Source: Escherichia phage vB_EcoM-172859UKE1
Direction: 5' to 3' (one strand)
DNA: 64,000 nucleotides
Sequence record: MZ234025.1
The notes under the pieces are model-generated. The model worked only from the letters and a program-made list of their open reading frames with translations, searched no databases and was not told the origin of the DNA. Made by a program: the position numbers and the translations under genes. Shown here piece by piece: positions 18,922 to 27,820 of the stretch (positions are counted from its first letter, which is position 1; every line of letters starts with the position of its first letter).

Positions 18922-19338
18922 ATGTTTACTACTGCTAAAGGTTTCACTGCTGCTGATCTGAAAGTTACTTCTATCCGTACTGACGCTAACCCACATAACC
19001 ATAATCGTGTTCGTAAAGCATGGGTCCTGCATTGTGATGACGCAAGTGCTAAAAAACTCCAATCTTTGCCACAAGAAACTCGTTTTATGATTTATGGTTT
19101 TATTGATAACGATGTGTCTGATATGTGGATTCATTTGATGCGTAAGCACTATAAAGATTCTATCGAAGCAGGTGCTAAAATCGTTCTTGATAAAGACGGT
19201 TCTGAACGCCTTGAAGATTTTTACTGTGTTGATGCCGACGAACAACTAATTGCAGCTGGCGAAATTGTTGCTTCTAAAATTCCAGAATATATTGAATCAC
19301 TGCCTGAAGCTATTAAAAAGCAGATGGTTGCTGCATAA
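18922..19338 (+). CDS. hypothetical protein at the position of T4 rpbA
   Basis: 138-aa ORF between 46 and 45; identity not verified. Confidence 0.45.
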   Translation: MFTTAKGFTAADLKVTSIRTDANPHNHNRVRKAWVLHCDDASAKKLQSLPQETRFMIYGFIDNDVSDMWIHLMRKHYKDSIEAGAKIVLDKDGSERLEDFYCVDADEQLIAAGEIVASKIPEYIESLPEAIKKQMVAA

Positions 19339-19380
19339 TAAATTTGTTATAAACTTTGAATTGTCTTGAAAGGAAATAAA

Positions 19381-20067
19381 ATGAAACTGTCTAAAGATAC
19401 TATCGCTATTCTGAAAAACTTTGCCTCTATTAACTCTGGCATTCTGCTGAGTCAAGGTAAATTTATTATGACTCGTGCAGTTAATGGCACCACTTATGCG
19501 GAAGCAAATATCTCTGATGAAATTGATTTTGACGTAGCACTTTATGATTTGAATAGCTTCTTAAGCATTTTGAGTCTAGTGTCTGATGATGCCGAAATTT
19601 CAATGCATACTGATGGCAATATTAAAATTGCAGATACACGTTCCACAGTTTATTGGCCTGCTGCCGACAAGAGCACCATTGTTTTTCCTAATAAGCCAAT
19701 TCAATTCCCAGTGGCTTCTGTGATTACTGAAATTAAAGCTGAAGACCTTCAACAATTGCTTCGAGTTTCACGTGGACTTCAGATTGATACAATTGCTATT
19801 ACAAATAAAGATGGTAAAATTGTTATCAATGGCTATAATAAAGTTGAAGATTCCGGACTAACTCGTCCTAAGTATTCTTTGACTCTTACTGATTATGACG
19901 GTTCTAATAACTTTAACTTCGTAATCAATATGGCTAATATGAAAATCCAGCCAGGTAACTATAAAGTAATGTTGTGGGGAGCTGGTGATAAAGTTGCAGC
20001 TAAGTTTGAAAGCTCTCAAGTAAGTTATGTTATTGCGATGGAAGCCGATTCTACTCACGACTTCTAA
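19381..20067 (+). CDS. 45: sliding clamp gp45
   Basis: 228 aa from ATG at 19381; MKLSKDTIAILKNFASINSGI... very close to T4 gp45 as remembered. Confidence 0.95.
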   Translation: MKLSKDTIAILKNFASINSGILLSQGKFIMTRAVNGTTYAEANISDEIDFDVALYDLNSFLSILSLVSDDAEISMHTDGNIKIADTRSTVYWPAADKSTIVFPNKPIQFPVASVITEIKAEDLQQLLRVSRGLQIDTIAITNKDGKIVINGYNKVEDSGLTRPKYSLTLTDYDGSNNFNFVINMANMKIQPGNYKVMLWGAGDKVAAKFESSQVSYVIAMEADSTHDF

Positions 20068-20073
20068 GTCAAA

Positions 20074-20097
20074 GCTTTACGTTTATTGTGATACGAT
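20074..20097 (+). promoter_or_regulatory. possible MotA-dependent middle promoter upstream of gene 44
   Basis: GCTTTA 20074-20079 (one mismatch to MotA box), 12-bp spacer, TACGAT 20092-20097. Confidence 0.4.
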
Positions 20098-20100
20098 TAT

Positions 20101-20116
20101 GGAGGAGAAATCCTCC
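20101..20116 (+). promoter_or_regulatory. 5' leader stem-loop GGAGGA-gaaa-TCCTCC ahead of gene 44
   Basis: Perfect 6-bp stem with GNRA-type loop between promoter -10 and the gene 44 RBS. Confidence 0.4.
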
Positions 20117-20142
20117 AGTTTAATGATAATGAGGAAAATTAC

Positions 20143-21105
20143 ATGATTACTATCAATTCCAAAGAACACATTCTAGAACAGAAATATCGTCCTTCTTCCA
20201 TTGACGAATGTATTCTGCCTGCGTATGACCATGAAACATTCAAGTCTTTAGTATCTAAAGGAAAACTTCCTCATATTATTTTACACTCTCCATCTCCTGG
20301 TACCGGTAAAACAACCGTAGCAAAAGCATTATGTAATGATATCAATGCCGAAATGATGTTCGTCAACGGTTCTGATTGTAAGATTGATTTTGTGCGTGGT
20401 CCGTTAACTGCATTCGCTCGTTCAGTCTCAATGGAAGGCAAACCTAAAGTTATTGTTATTGATGAATTTGACCGTAGTGGCCTCGCCGAATCACAACGTC
20501 ACCTTCGTACATTCATGGAAGAATTCTCTAGTAACTGTTCTATTATTATTACTGCCAACAACATCGATGGAATTATTGAACCATTACGTAGTCGTTGTCG
20601 AGTTATCGAATTCGGACGTCCAACCGAAGAAGATAAAATCTCGATGATGAAGAAAATGATTCATCGTATGGTTGAAATCTGTAAGAATGAAAATATTGAA
20701 ATCGCTGATATGAAAGTTGTTGCAGCTCTGGTTAAAAAGAACTTCCCGGACTTTCGACGTACAATTGGTCAATTAGACCAGTACTCGTCTAAAGGTGTTC
20801 TTGATGCAGGTATTTTGTCAATTGTAACCAATGATCGTGGCACGGTAGATGATGTCATAGAAGCAATGAAGAACAAAGATATCAAACAACTTCGTGCATT
20901 AGCTCCAAAATATGCTGCAGATTATTCATGGTTCATCGATAAATTAGTTTCTGAGTGTTATGACAAAGTTGCACCAGGTAAAAGTATTATTTCGCTTTAT
21001 GAAATTGCAGGCGAAAATAATAAGTTTCATGGATTAGCAAGTAATATTGAATTACATGTTATGTATATGCTTCTTCAACTGACCTGCGAACTAACTTGGA
21101 AATAA
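20143..21105 (+). CDS. 44: clamp loader large subunit gp44 (AAA+)
   Basis: Walker [11 protein letters not shown], Walker [12 protein letters not shown]-like motif. Confidence 0.95.
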   Translation: MITINSKEHILEQKYRPSSIDECILPAYDHETFKSLVSKGKLPHIILHSPSPGTGKTTVAKALCNDINAEMMFVNGSDCKIDFVRGPLTAFARSVSMEGKPKVIVIDEFDRSGLAESQRHLRTFMEEFSSNCSIIITANNIDGIIEPLRSRCRVIEFGRPTEEDKISMMKKMIHRMVEICKNENIEIADMKVVAALVKKNFPDFRRTIGQLDQYSSKGVLDAGILSIVTNDRGTVDDVIEAMKNKDIKQLRALAPKYAADYSWFIDKLVSECYDKVAPGKSIISLYEIAGENNKFHGLASNIELHVMYMLLQLTCELTWK

Positions 21106-21106
21106 T

Positions 21107-21670
21107 ATGAACTTATTCGATGATGACGTCCAGCTTAACGAGCACCAAATTGCATGGAAGTCTAATGACGCTGATGCGATTCAAAAATGTGCTGATATGT
21201 TTAAAGAAAAACCTGAGAATGAATTCTTTAAAATCATTAATGCTATTAATGAAAAGAAATCTATGTCAATTGCTCAGGTCGACTACTCAAAATTTATGGT
21301 TGAGAACTCATTATCCCAGTTCCCGGAATGTATGCCAGCTGTTTACATGATGAACTTAGTCGGTTCTGAATTAAGTGATGAAGCGCACTTCAACTATATG
21401 ATGGCGGCAATTCCACGTGGCCGACGATTCTCTAAATGGGCTAAACTAGTCGAAGACACTTCAGAGTTACTAGTTATCAAACTGTTGATGAAACATTACA
21501 CAATCAACATGAATGATGCTACTGAGTACAAGCGGCTCCTTGAAAAAAATAACAAGTTGCCAATAGTCCTTAAAGAACTGAAGGCCATGGTCACTGATGA
21601 GTTTCTCAAAGAAGTTACAAAAAATGTGAAAGAACAAAAACAATTTAAAAAATTAGCATTGGAATGGTAA
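21107..21670 (+). CDS. 62: clamp loader small subunit gp62
   Basis: 187 aa immediately after 44, as in T4. Confidence 0.85.
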   Translation: MNLFDDDVQLNEHQIAWKSNDADAIQKCADMFKEKPENEFFKIINAINEKKSMSIAQVDYSKFMVENSLSQFPECMPAVYMMNLVGSELSDEAHFNYMMAAIPRGRRFSKWAKLVEDTSELLVIKLLMKHYTINMNDATEYKRLLEKNNKLPIVLKELKAMVTDEFLKEVTKNVKEQKQFKKLALEW

Positions 21671-21672
21671 AA

Positions 21673-22041
21673 ATGATTGAAATTAAATTGAAGAACCCTG
21701 AAGATTTTCTGAAAGTCAAAGAGACTTTGACCCGTATGGGCATCGCTAATAACAAGGATAAAGTCCTTTATCAGTCCTGTCATATCCTCCAAAAGCAAGG
21801 TAAATACTACATCGTCCACTTTAAAGAAATGCTGCGTATGGATGGACGTCAGGTTGATATTGACGGTGAAGACTATCAGCGACGTGATTCGATTGCTCAG
21901 TTGCTTGAAGACTGGGGATTGATTGTTATTGAAGACTCTGCTCGTGAAGATCTGTTTGGCCTGACTAATAACTTCCGTGTTATCTCTTTTAAACAGAAAG
22001 ATGACTGGACTTTGAAAGCAAAATATACAATTGGTAATTAA
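21673..22041 (+). CDS. regA: translational repressor RegA
   Basis: 122 aa; MIEIKLKNPEDFLKVKETLTRMGIANNKDKVLYQSCHILQK... near-identical to T4 RegA as remembered. Confidence 0.9.
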   Translation: MIEIKLKNPEDFLKVKETLTRMGIANNKDKVLYQSCHILQKQGKYYIVHFKEMLRMDGRQVDIDGEDYQRRDSIAQLLEDWGLIVIEDSAREDLFGLTNNFRVISFKQKDDWTLKAKYTIGN

Positions 22042-22045
22042 AGCA

Positions 22046-22066
22046 ATGGGACTTCGGTCCCATTTG
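22046..22066 (+). terminator. stem-loop/weak terminator after regA
   Basis: GGGAC-ttcg-GTCCC hairpin followed by ATTT. Confidence 0.5.
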
Positions 22067-22122
22067 GAGTATAATAAGTTCATCAACAAACAAAAGACAA
22101 TAACTCGTCTAAAGGAAATTAA

Positions 22123-24834
22123 ATGAAAGAATTTTACTTAACGGTTGAACAGATTGGTGATTCAATTTTTGAACGTTACATCGATTCTAATGGCCGTGAA
22201 CGTACTCGTGAAGTAGAATATAAACCATCACTGTTTGCTCATTGTCCAGAAAGTCAGGCTACGAAATATTTCGATATCTACGGTAAGCCGTGTACTCGTA
22301 AGTTGTTCGCTAATATGCGTGATGCCTCCCAATGGATTAAACGCATGGAAGATATCGGACTTGAAGCACTTGGCATGGACGATTTCAAATTGGCGTATTT
22401 GTCTGACACTTATAACTATGAAATCAAATACGACCATACAAAAATTCGTGTGGCTAACTTCGACATCGAAGTAACATCTCCGGATGGGTTCCCTGAGCCG
22501 TCACAAGCAAAACATCCTATTGATGCTATCACCCATTATGACTCAATTGACGACAGGTTCTACGTATTTGATCTATTGAATTCTCCATATGGTAATGTAG
22601 AAGAATGGTCTATTGAAATCGCTGCTAAGCTTCAAGAACAAGGTGGTGATGAAGTTCCATCTGAAATTATCGATAAAATCATTTATATGCCGTTCGATAA
22701 CGAAAAAGAATTGTTGATGGAATATCTCAACTTCTGGCAACAGAAAACTCCTGTCATTTTGACTGGATGGAACGTTGAGTCATTTGATATTCCATATGTG
22801 TATAACCGAATCAAGAATATTTTTGGCGAATCTACTGCGAAACGTTTATCACCACATCGTAAAACTCGTGTTAAAGTTATCGAAAACATGTATGGTTCTC
22901 GTGAAATCATTACATTGTTCGGTATCTCTGTTCTTGATTACATTGACCTTTACAAAAAATTCTCTTTTACCAATCAACCGTCGTATTCTCTGGATTACAT
23001 TTCAGAATTTGAATTGAACGTTGGTAAACTGAAATATGACGGCCCTATTTCTAAGCTTCGTGAAAGCAATCACCAACGATATATTTCTTATAACATTATC
23101 GATGTGTATCGTGTATTGCAAATTGATGCTAAGCGTCAGTTCATCAACTTGAGCTTGGACATGGGTTATTATGCTAAGATACAGATTCAATCTGTGTTTA
23201 GCCCAATTAAAACATGGGATGCTATTATTTTTAATAGCCTTAAAGAACAAAACAAGGTGATTCCACAAGGTCGTTCGCATCCAGTTCAACCTTACCCGGG
23301 TGCTTTTGTTAAGGAACCTATTCCAAATCGATACAAATATGTGATGAGCTTCGACCTCACATCTCTGTATCCAAGCATCATTCGCCAAGTGAATATTAGC
23401 CCGGAAACAATAGCAGGAACGTTTAAAGTAGCTCCACTGCATGATTATATTAACGCAATCGCTGAACGTCCTTCAGATGTGTACAGTTGCTCTCCTAACG
23501 GCATGATGTATTATAAAGACCGTGATGGTGTAGTTCCAACTGAAATCACTAAAGTCTTTAATCAACGTAAAGAACATAAAGGTTATATGCTTGCGGCTCA
23601 ACGTAATGGTGAAATAATTAAAGAGGCATTGCATAATCCTAATCTTTCTGTTGACGAACCATTAGATGTTGATTATCGTTTCGACTTCAGTGATGAGATT
23701 AAAGAAAAGATTAAAAAGTTGTCCGCTAAGTCTCTTAATGAAATGTTGTTTAGAGCTCAACGTACTGAAGTTGCAGGTATGACTGCACAGATTAACCGTA
23801 AATTGCTCATCAACTCACTTTATGGTGCACTTGGCAACGTTTGGTTCCGTTATTATGATTTGCGTAATGCTACTGCAATCACAACATTCGGGCAAATGGC
23901 TTTACAGTGGATTGAACGTAAAGTTAATGAATACCTGAATGAAGTTTGTGGTACAGAAGGTGAAGCTTTCGTTCTTTATGGTGATACAGACTCCATTTAC
24001 GTATCTGCGGATAAAATTATTGATAAGGTTGGTGAATCTAAATTCCGTGATACTAACCATTGGGTAGACTTCTTAGATAAGTTTGCACGTGAACGTATGG
24101 AACCAGCTATTGATAGAGGTTTCCGTGAAATGTGTGAATACATGAACAATAAACAACACTTAATGTTCATGGACCGAGAAGCTATCGCTGGTCCTCCGCT
24201 TGGTTCTAAAGGTATTGGCGGATTTTGGACTGGTAAGAAACGTTATGCATTAAACGTGTGGGATATGGAAGGTACTCGTTACGCTGAGCCTAAACTCAAA
24301 ATCATGGGTCTAGAGACTCAGAAATCTTCGACTCCTAAAGCAGTACAGAAAGCTCTTAAAGAATGTATTCGTCGTATGCTTCAAGAAGGTGAAGAATCAT
24401 TACAAGAATATTTTAAAGAGTTTGAAAAAGAATTCCGTCAATTGAATTATATTAGCATCGCGTCGGTATCTTCTGCGAATAACATTGCTAAATATGACGT
24501 CGGTGGATTCCCTGGTCCCAAATGCCCGTTCCATATTCGTGGAATTCTGACGTATAACCGAGCTATCAAAGGTAATATTGATGCACCACAAGTTGTAGAA
24601 GGTGAAAAAGTATATGTTCTGCCTTTACGTGAAGGAAACCCATTCGGTGATAAATGTATCGCATGGCCTTCTGGTACTGAAATCACAGATTTAATTAAAG
24701 ACGATGTACTTCATTGGATGGACTACACTGTTCTCCTTGAGAAGACATTTATTAAACCACTTGAAGGATTCACATCAGCAGCTAAACTCGATTACGAGAA
24801 GAAAGCATCTCTGTTCGATATGTTTGATTTTTGA
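22123..24834 (+). CDS. 43: DNA polymerase gp43 (family B)
   Basis: 903 aa; exonuclease FDIE, polymerase motifs SLYPS and YGDTDS. Confidence 0.97.
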   Translation: MKEFYLTVEQIGDSIFERYIDSNGRERTREVEYKPSLFAHCPESQATKYFDIYGKPCTRKLFANMRDASQWIKRMEDIGLEALGMDDFKLAYLSDTYNYEIKYDHTKIRVANFDIEVTSPDGFPEPSQAKHPIDAITHYDSIDDRFYVFDLLNSPYGNVEEWSIEIAAKLQEQGGDEVPSEIIDKIIYMPFDNEKELLMEYLNFWQQKTPVILTGWNVESFDIPYVYNRIKNIFGESTAKRLSPHRKTRVKVIENMYGSREIITLFGISVLDYIDLYKKFSFTNQPSYSLDYISEFELNVGKLKYDGPISKLRESNHQRYISYNIIDVYRVLQIDAKRQFINLSLDMGYYAKIQIQSVFSPIKTWDAIIFNSLKEQNKVIPQGRSHPVQPYPGAFVKEPIPNRYKYVMSFDLTSLYPSIIRQVNISPETIAGTFKVAPLHDYINAIAERPSDVYSCSPNGMMYYKDRDGVVPTEITKVFNQRKEHKGYMLAAQRNGEIIKEALHNPNLSVDEPLDVDYRFDFSDEIKEKIKKLSAKSLNEMLFRAQRTEVAGMTAQINRKLLINSLYGALGNVWFRYYDLRNATAITTFGQMALQWIERKVNEYLNEVCGTEGEAFVLYGDTDSIYVSADKIIDKVGESKFRDTNHWVDFLDKFARERMEPAIDRGFREMCEYMNNKQHLMFMDREAIAGPPLGSKGIGGFWTGKKRYALNVWDMEGTRYAEPKLKIMGLETQKSSTPKAVQKALKECIRRMLQEGEESLQEYFKEFEKEFRQLNYISIASVSSANNIAKYDVGGFPGPKCPFHIRGILTYNRAIKGNIDAPQVVEGEKVYVLPLREGNPFGDKCIAWPSGTEITDLIKDDVLHWMDYTVLLEKTFIKPLEGFTSAAKLDYEKKASLFDMFDF

Positions 24835-24874
24835 TATAATGCCAAGGACGGCCAACTAATTAAATGAGAGAAAT

Positions 24875-25510
24875 ATGAAAACTACTCCTATTACTATCGC
24901 TATTGACGCAATCGTAAAACAAGCTTCATCTCTTGCCACTATGGCTAAAGTAATTAGTCAAAACCCTGCTCGTTATAATGCTATTCTAGAAACTCTTCGA
25001 CGCCCTGGACTTAGTAATTATGAAAGCCGGGTAATTATTACAGGTGTTGGTAAGAATGCTAATATCGCAACTAAAGCTTCCGAGACTTTTGCTTCACTAG
25101 GTATTCCTAGCATGTATTTGAATACCGGGCATTATTCTCATGGTGACGCAGGATTTATTGCACCTAATGATGTATTAGTTCACATCAGTCGTTCTGGTAA
25201 GACTGAAGAAATGATAGGTGTTGCTAAACATCTTCGTATGATTCGTCCTCAGGTTAAACAGATTCTGTTACATTGTAACCCTGACATTCCACAAGAATAC
25301 GAAGCTCTTTTTGATTATACGTTCTGTACCGGTATCGCGGTAGAAGTTGACGAGAACTCTTTAGCTCCGACAATGTCCACTACATTGTTGTTAGCGCTTA
25401 TCGATACGTTCGCTATCAACCTTTCGTCTGAACGTGGATTTACCTCTAATGATTTCCTTAAGTTCCATCCAGGCGGTGCACTAGGTGCCATGTTACGAGG
25501 CGAACAATGA
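24875..25510 (+). CDS. SIS-domain sugar-phosphate isomerase (KdsD/GutQ-like arabinose-5-phosphate isomerase-like)
   Basis: 211 aa; ...TGVGKNANIATKASETFASLGIPS..., YSHGDAGF, ISRSGKTEE and C-terminal HPGGALG resemble SIS domain of A5P isomerases. Confidence 0.75.
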   Translation: MKTTPITIAIDAIVKQASSLATMAKVISQNPARYNAILETLRRPGLSNYESRVIITGVGKNANIATKASETFASLGIPSMYLNTGHYSHGDAGFIAPNDVLVHISRSGKTEEMIGVAKHLRMIRPQVKQILLHCNPDIPQEYEALFDYTFCTGIAVEVDENSLAPTMSTTLLLALIDTFAINLSSERGFTSNDFLKFHPGGALGAMLRGEQ

Positions 25511-25650
25511 AAGCAATAACAATAGGACTTTTACTATTGATGCTTGTCATGACTATCTACTGGAGCTTAACGGCTCCGGTAATGATTCCAACACTTGTAA
25601 TTGGATGGATTATGATTGGACTACAAGCAAAGTATGAATGCTTTAACTAG
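25507..25650 (+). CDS. possible small hydrophobic peptide
   Basis: 47-aa ORF with two hydrophobic stretches, ATGA-coupled. Confidence 0.3.
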   Translation: MKAITIGLLLLMLVMTIYWSLTAPVMIPTLVIGWIMIGLQAKYECFN

Positions 25651-25691
25651 AATAGTGTACAATACTCCTACTTACCAATGAGGACTTCAAC

Positions 25692-27377
25692 ATGAAAAAA
25701 GCTGTTATTCTTGGTGCTGGATTGGCAACTCGTTTATATCCAATAACGCATCATATTCCTAAGGTGCTTGTTAACTATAAACAAGACACTATTCTGAGCA
25801 ATTTGTATACAATTTATTCTGACCTTGGCGCAGATGAAATTATTGTAGTAGTTCATTCAAAATTTGCTGAAACTGTTCGAGCTTATTGTGAGCAAGAAGG
25901 GTTCAATGTGACTATTCGTACAGTTGATGAAGCGTATGGTTCTGCTTATGCTCTTGCTAAATTACACAAAGATTTAGACGGCCATAATGTAATTGTTAAC
26001 TGGTGTGATATTATTCCTGATTTTGGTTCATGGTCTTGGAATGTTAACGCAATCTATGTTAAGGGTGACGAATGTCGATATAATTTCGACGGTGAAAATA
26101 TCACTAACGTAGGTTCAACAGGTGGTAATGTTGTAGGAATTTATCAGTTCAAAGACTGGGAATTCTATATGGGTTCTACCGATGAGGAAATTCATGAATA
26201 CTGCAAAGGACGTGATTTCGTAGAATTCCTTTACAGCGGCGCATTCAATAAATCAGAGCTTATGAATATCATCGACCTTGGTGATATGCCTAAACTTGAA
26301 AAGGCCCATGAAGTTCGTGAACTGAACCGTAGTTTTAATGCAGTTGAAATTGGCGAAGAAACTGTAACTAAATTCGCATTAACCGAACAGGGTCGAGCTC
26401 TTCAGAAAGATGAGATTTCGTGGTATTTGAAAGTGAAATCAGATTCAGTTCCTCAGTTAGTTTCTGTTAATGAAAATAACTTTGAAATGGAACGCATTAA
26501 AGGTAAGCCGGCATTTGAATATATTAAATCAAAATCAAGTCTTGCTCGTCCACAAATTGTTGATGCAATTTTAGATGCACTGAAATTCAGCACAGACACT
26601 TATTTTGTAAGTCCTGAAACTGTTCGTCGTGATTTCACTAAAGAATTCTATACGAAAGTTATTGATCGTTGTGAAAGCATTCAACCATTGATTGATTCAT
26701 TTGGTAAAATCACACACGTGAACTACACTAAGATTGGACGTCTGAAGCCAATGCTGAAACAAGCTTTAGAACACCTTATTCGTTATCATAACCGTTCTCA
26801 GGGACAGTACTCTGTTATTCATGGTGACCCGAACTTCAGTAATACTATGATTACTGATAACGGCGAAGTCAAGTTTATCGACCCTCGTGGATATTTTGGT
26901 GAAACCAAGATTTACGGGCCAAAATTGTATGATGAAGCTAAAGTGCTTTATGCTGTTTCAGGTTATGATGAATTCAATGCTAATCCGACCTGGGGGCAGT
27001 TTACTATTGATGAAACAACTTGTAATGTGACTATTAACATCAATCCATTAGTTTACAAATATGGAAAGATGAGTTCGTTTAACGAGTATCATCATTTGGC
27101 AGTGGCAATTATCTGGATTGCATTAGGTGGTTATTTCAAGAATAATCCACTTAAAGCGGTAGCCGCATATTATAAAGGTATGGAACTTCTGACTAAGCAA
27201 TTACGTAACATGGGCCGTGTACTTCAAGACGGCTCTATTAGTTATGACGTAGCAGAACCTGTAACGGCTACTCTGATTACAAAAAATCCTGGTAAATGGG
27301 TACTAACTGATAAAGAAACTGGTGTTTCCTATCGTCCAATCGGTGGCGATATCACTCATCAATGGGAACGAATCTAA
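25692..27377 (+). CDS. bifunctional sugar-1-phosphate nucleotidyltransferase / kinase-like protein
   Basis: N-terminal AVILGAGLATRLYPIT (NTP-transferase G-x-G-x-R); C-terminal HGDPNFSN and IDPRG resemble APH/anomeric sugar kinase catalytic motifs. Confidence 0.7.
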   Translation: MKKAVILGAGLATRLYPITHHIPKVLVNYKQDTILSNLYTIYSDLGADEIIVVVHSKFAETVRAYCEQEGFNVTIRTVDEAYGSAYALAKLHKDLDGHNVIVNWCDIIPDFGSWSWNVNAIYVKGDECRYNFDGENITNVGSTGGNVVGIYQFKDWEFYMGSTDEEIHEYCKGRDFVEFLYSGAFNKSELMNIIDLGDMPKLEKAHEVRELNRSFNAVEIGEETVTKFALTEQGRALQKDEISWYLKVKSDSVPQLVSVNENNFEMERIKGKPAFEYIKSKSSLARPQIVDAILDALKFSTDTYFVSPETVRRDFTKEFYTKVIDRCESIQPLIDSFGKITHVNYTKIGRLKPMLKQALEHLIRYHNRSQGQYSVIHGDPNFSNTMITDNGEVKFIDPRGYFGETKIYGPKLYDEAKVLYAVSGYDEFNANPTWGQFTIDETTCNVTININPLVYKYGKMSSFNEYHHLAVAIIWIALGGYFKNNPLKAVAAYYKGMELLTKQLRNMGRVLQDGSISYDVAEPVTATLITKNPGKWVLTDKETGVSYRPIGGDITHQWERI

Positions 27378-27763
27378 TGCACCGTGTAGAAAACATGCTT
27401 AATCTTTGTTTTGATGTCGATGATTGTATAACAGAGTGGAATAACAATCGTGATTACGTGAACTTCAAACCAGACGTCGAAATGGTGTCTGCCATTAATG
27501 CTCTGTATGATGCAGGGCATACCATAACGCTTTACACTGCTCGCGGTATGAAGTCAGTAGGTCCTGGACGTATAGCAATTGACATTCTCCCAAGTCTGAT
27601 TCAGAACTTGGCAAACATTGGCTTGAAGTACCATAATTTGCTAACACATAAACCAGTATATGATTGGATTATCGACGACAAAGCTATGCGTCCTGACGAA
27701 TTCAAAGCTCTTATGAATAAAGGCGAATTCGAAACATTTAAACCATATAAACCGAATCTATAA
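27377..27763 (+). CDS. HAD-superfamily phosphatase
   Basis: FDVDDCIT (DxDxT motif I) near N-terminus; ~128 aa, size of KdsC/GmhB-type phosphatases; TAATG coupling. Confidence 0.7.
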   Translation: MHRVENMLNLCFDVDDCITEWNNNRDYVNFKPDVEMVSAINALYDAGHTITLYTARGMKSVGPGRIAIDILPSLIQNLANIGLKYHNLLTHKPVYDWIIDDKAMRPDEFKALMNKGEFETFKPYKPNL

Positions 27764-27820
27764 TAATTTAAGTAAGACATGCAAAAACCATCGCATCAAT
27801 TAACGCGAGACGCAAAATAA

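Noticed and set aside
18922-19338. Assignment of the 138-aa ORF as RpbA
   Set aside because: Only positional evidence (between 46 and 45); I could not recall sequence similarity with confidence, so reported as hypothetical.
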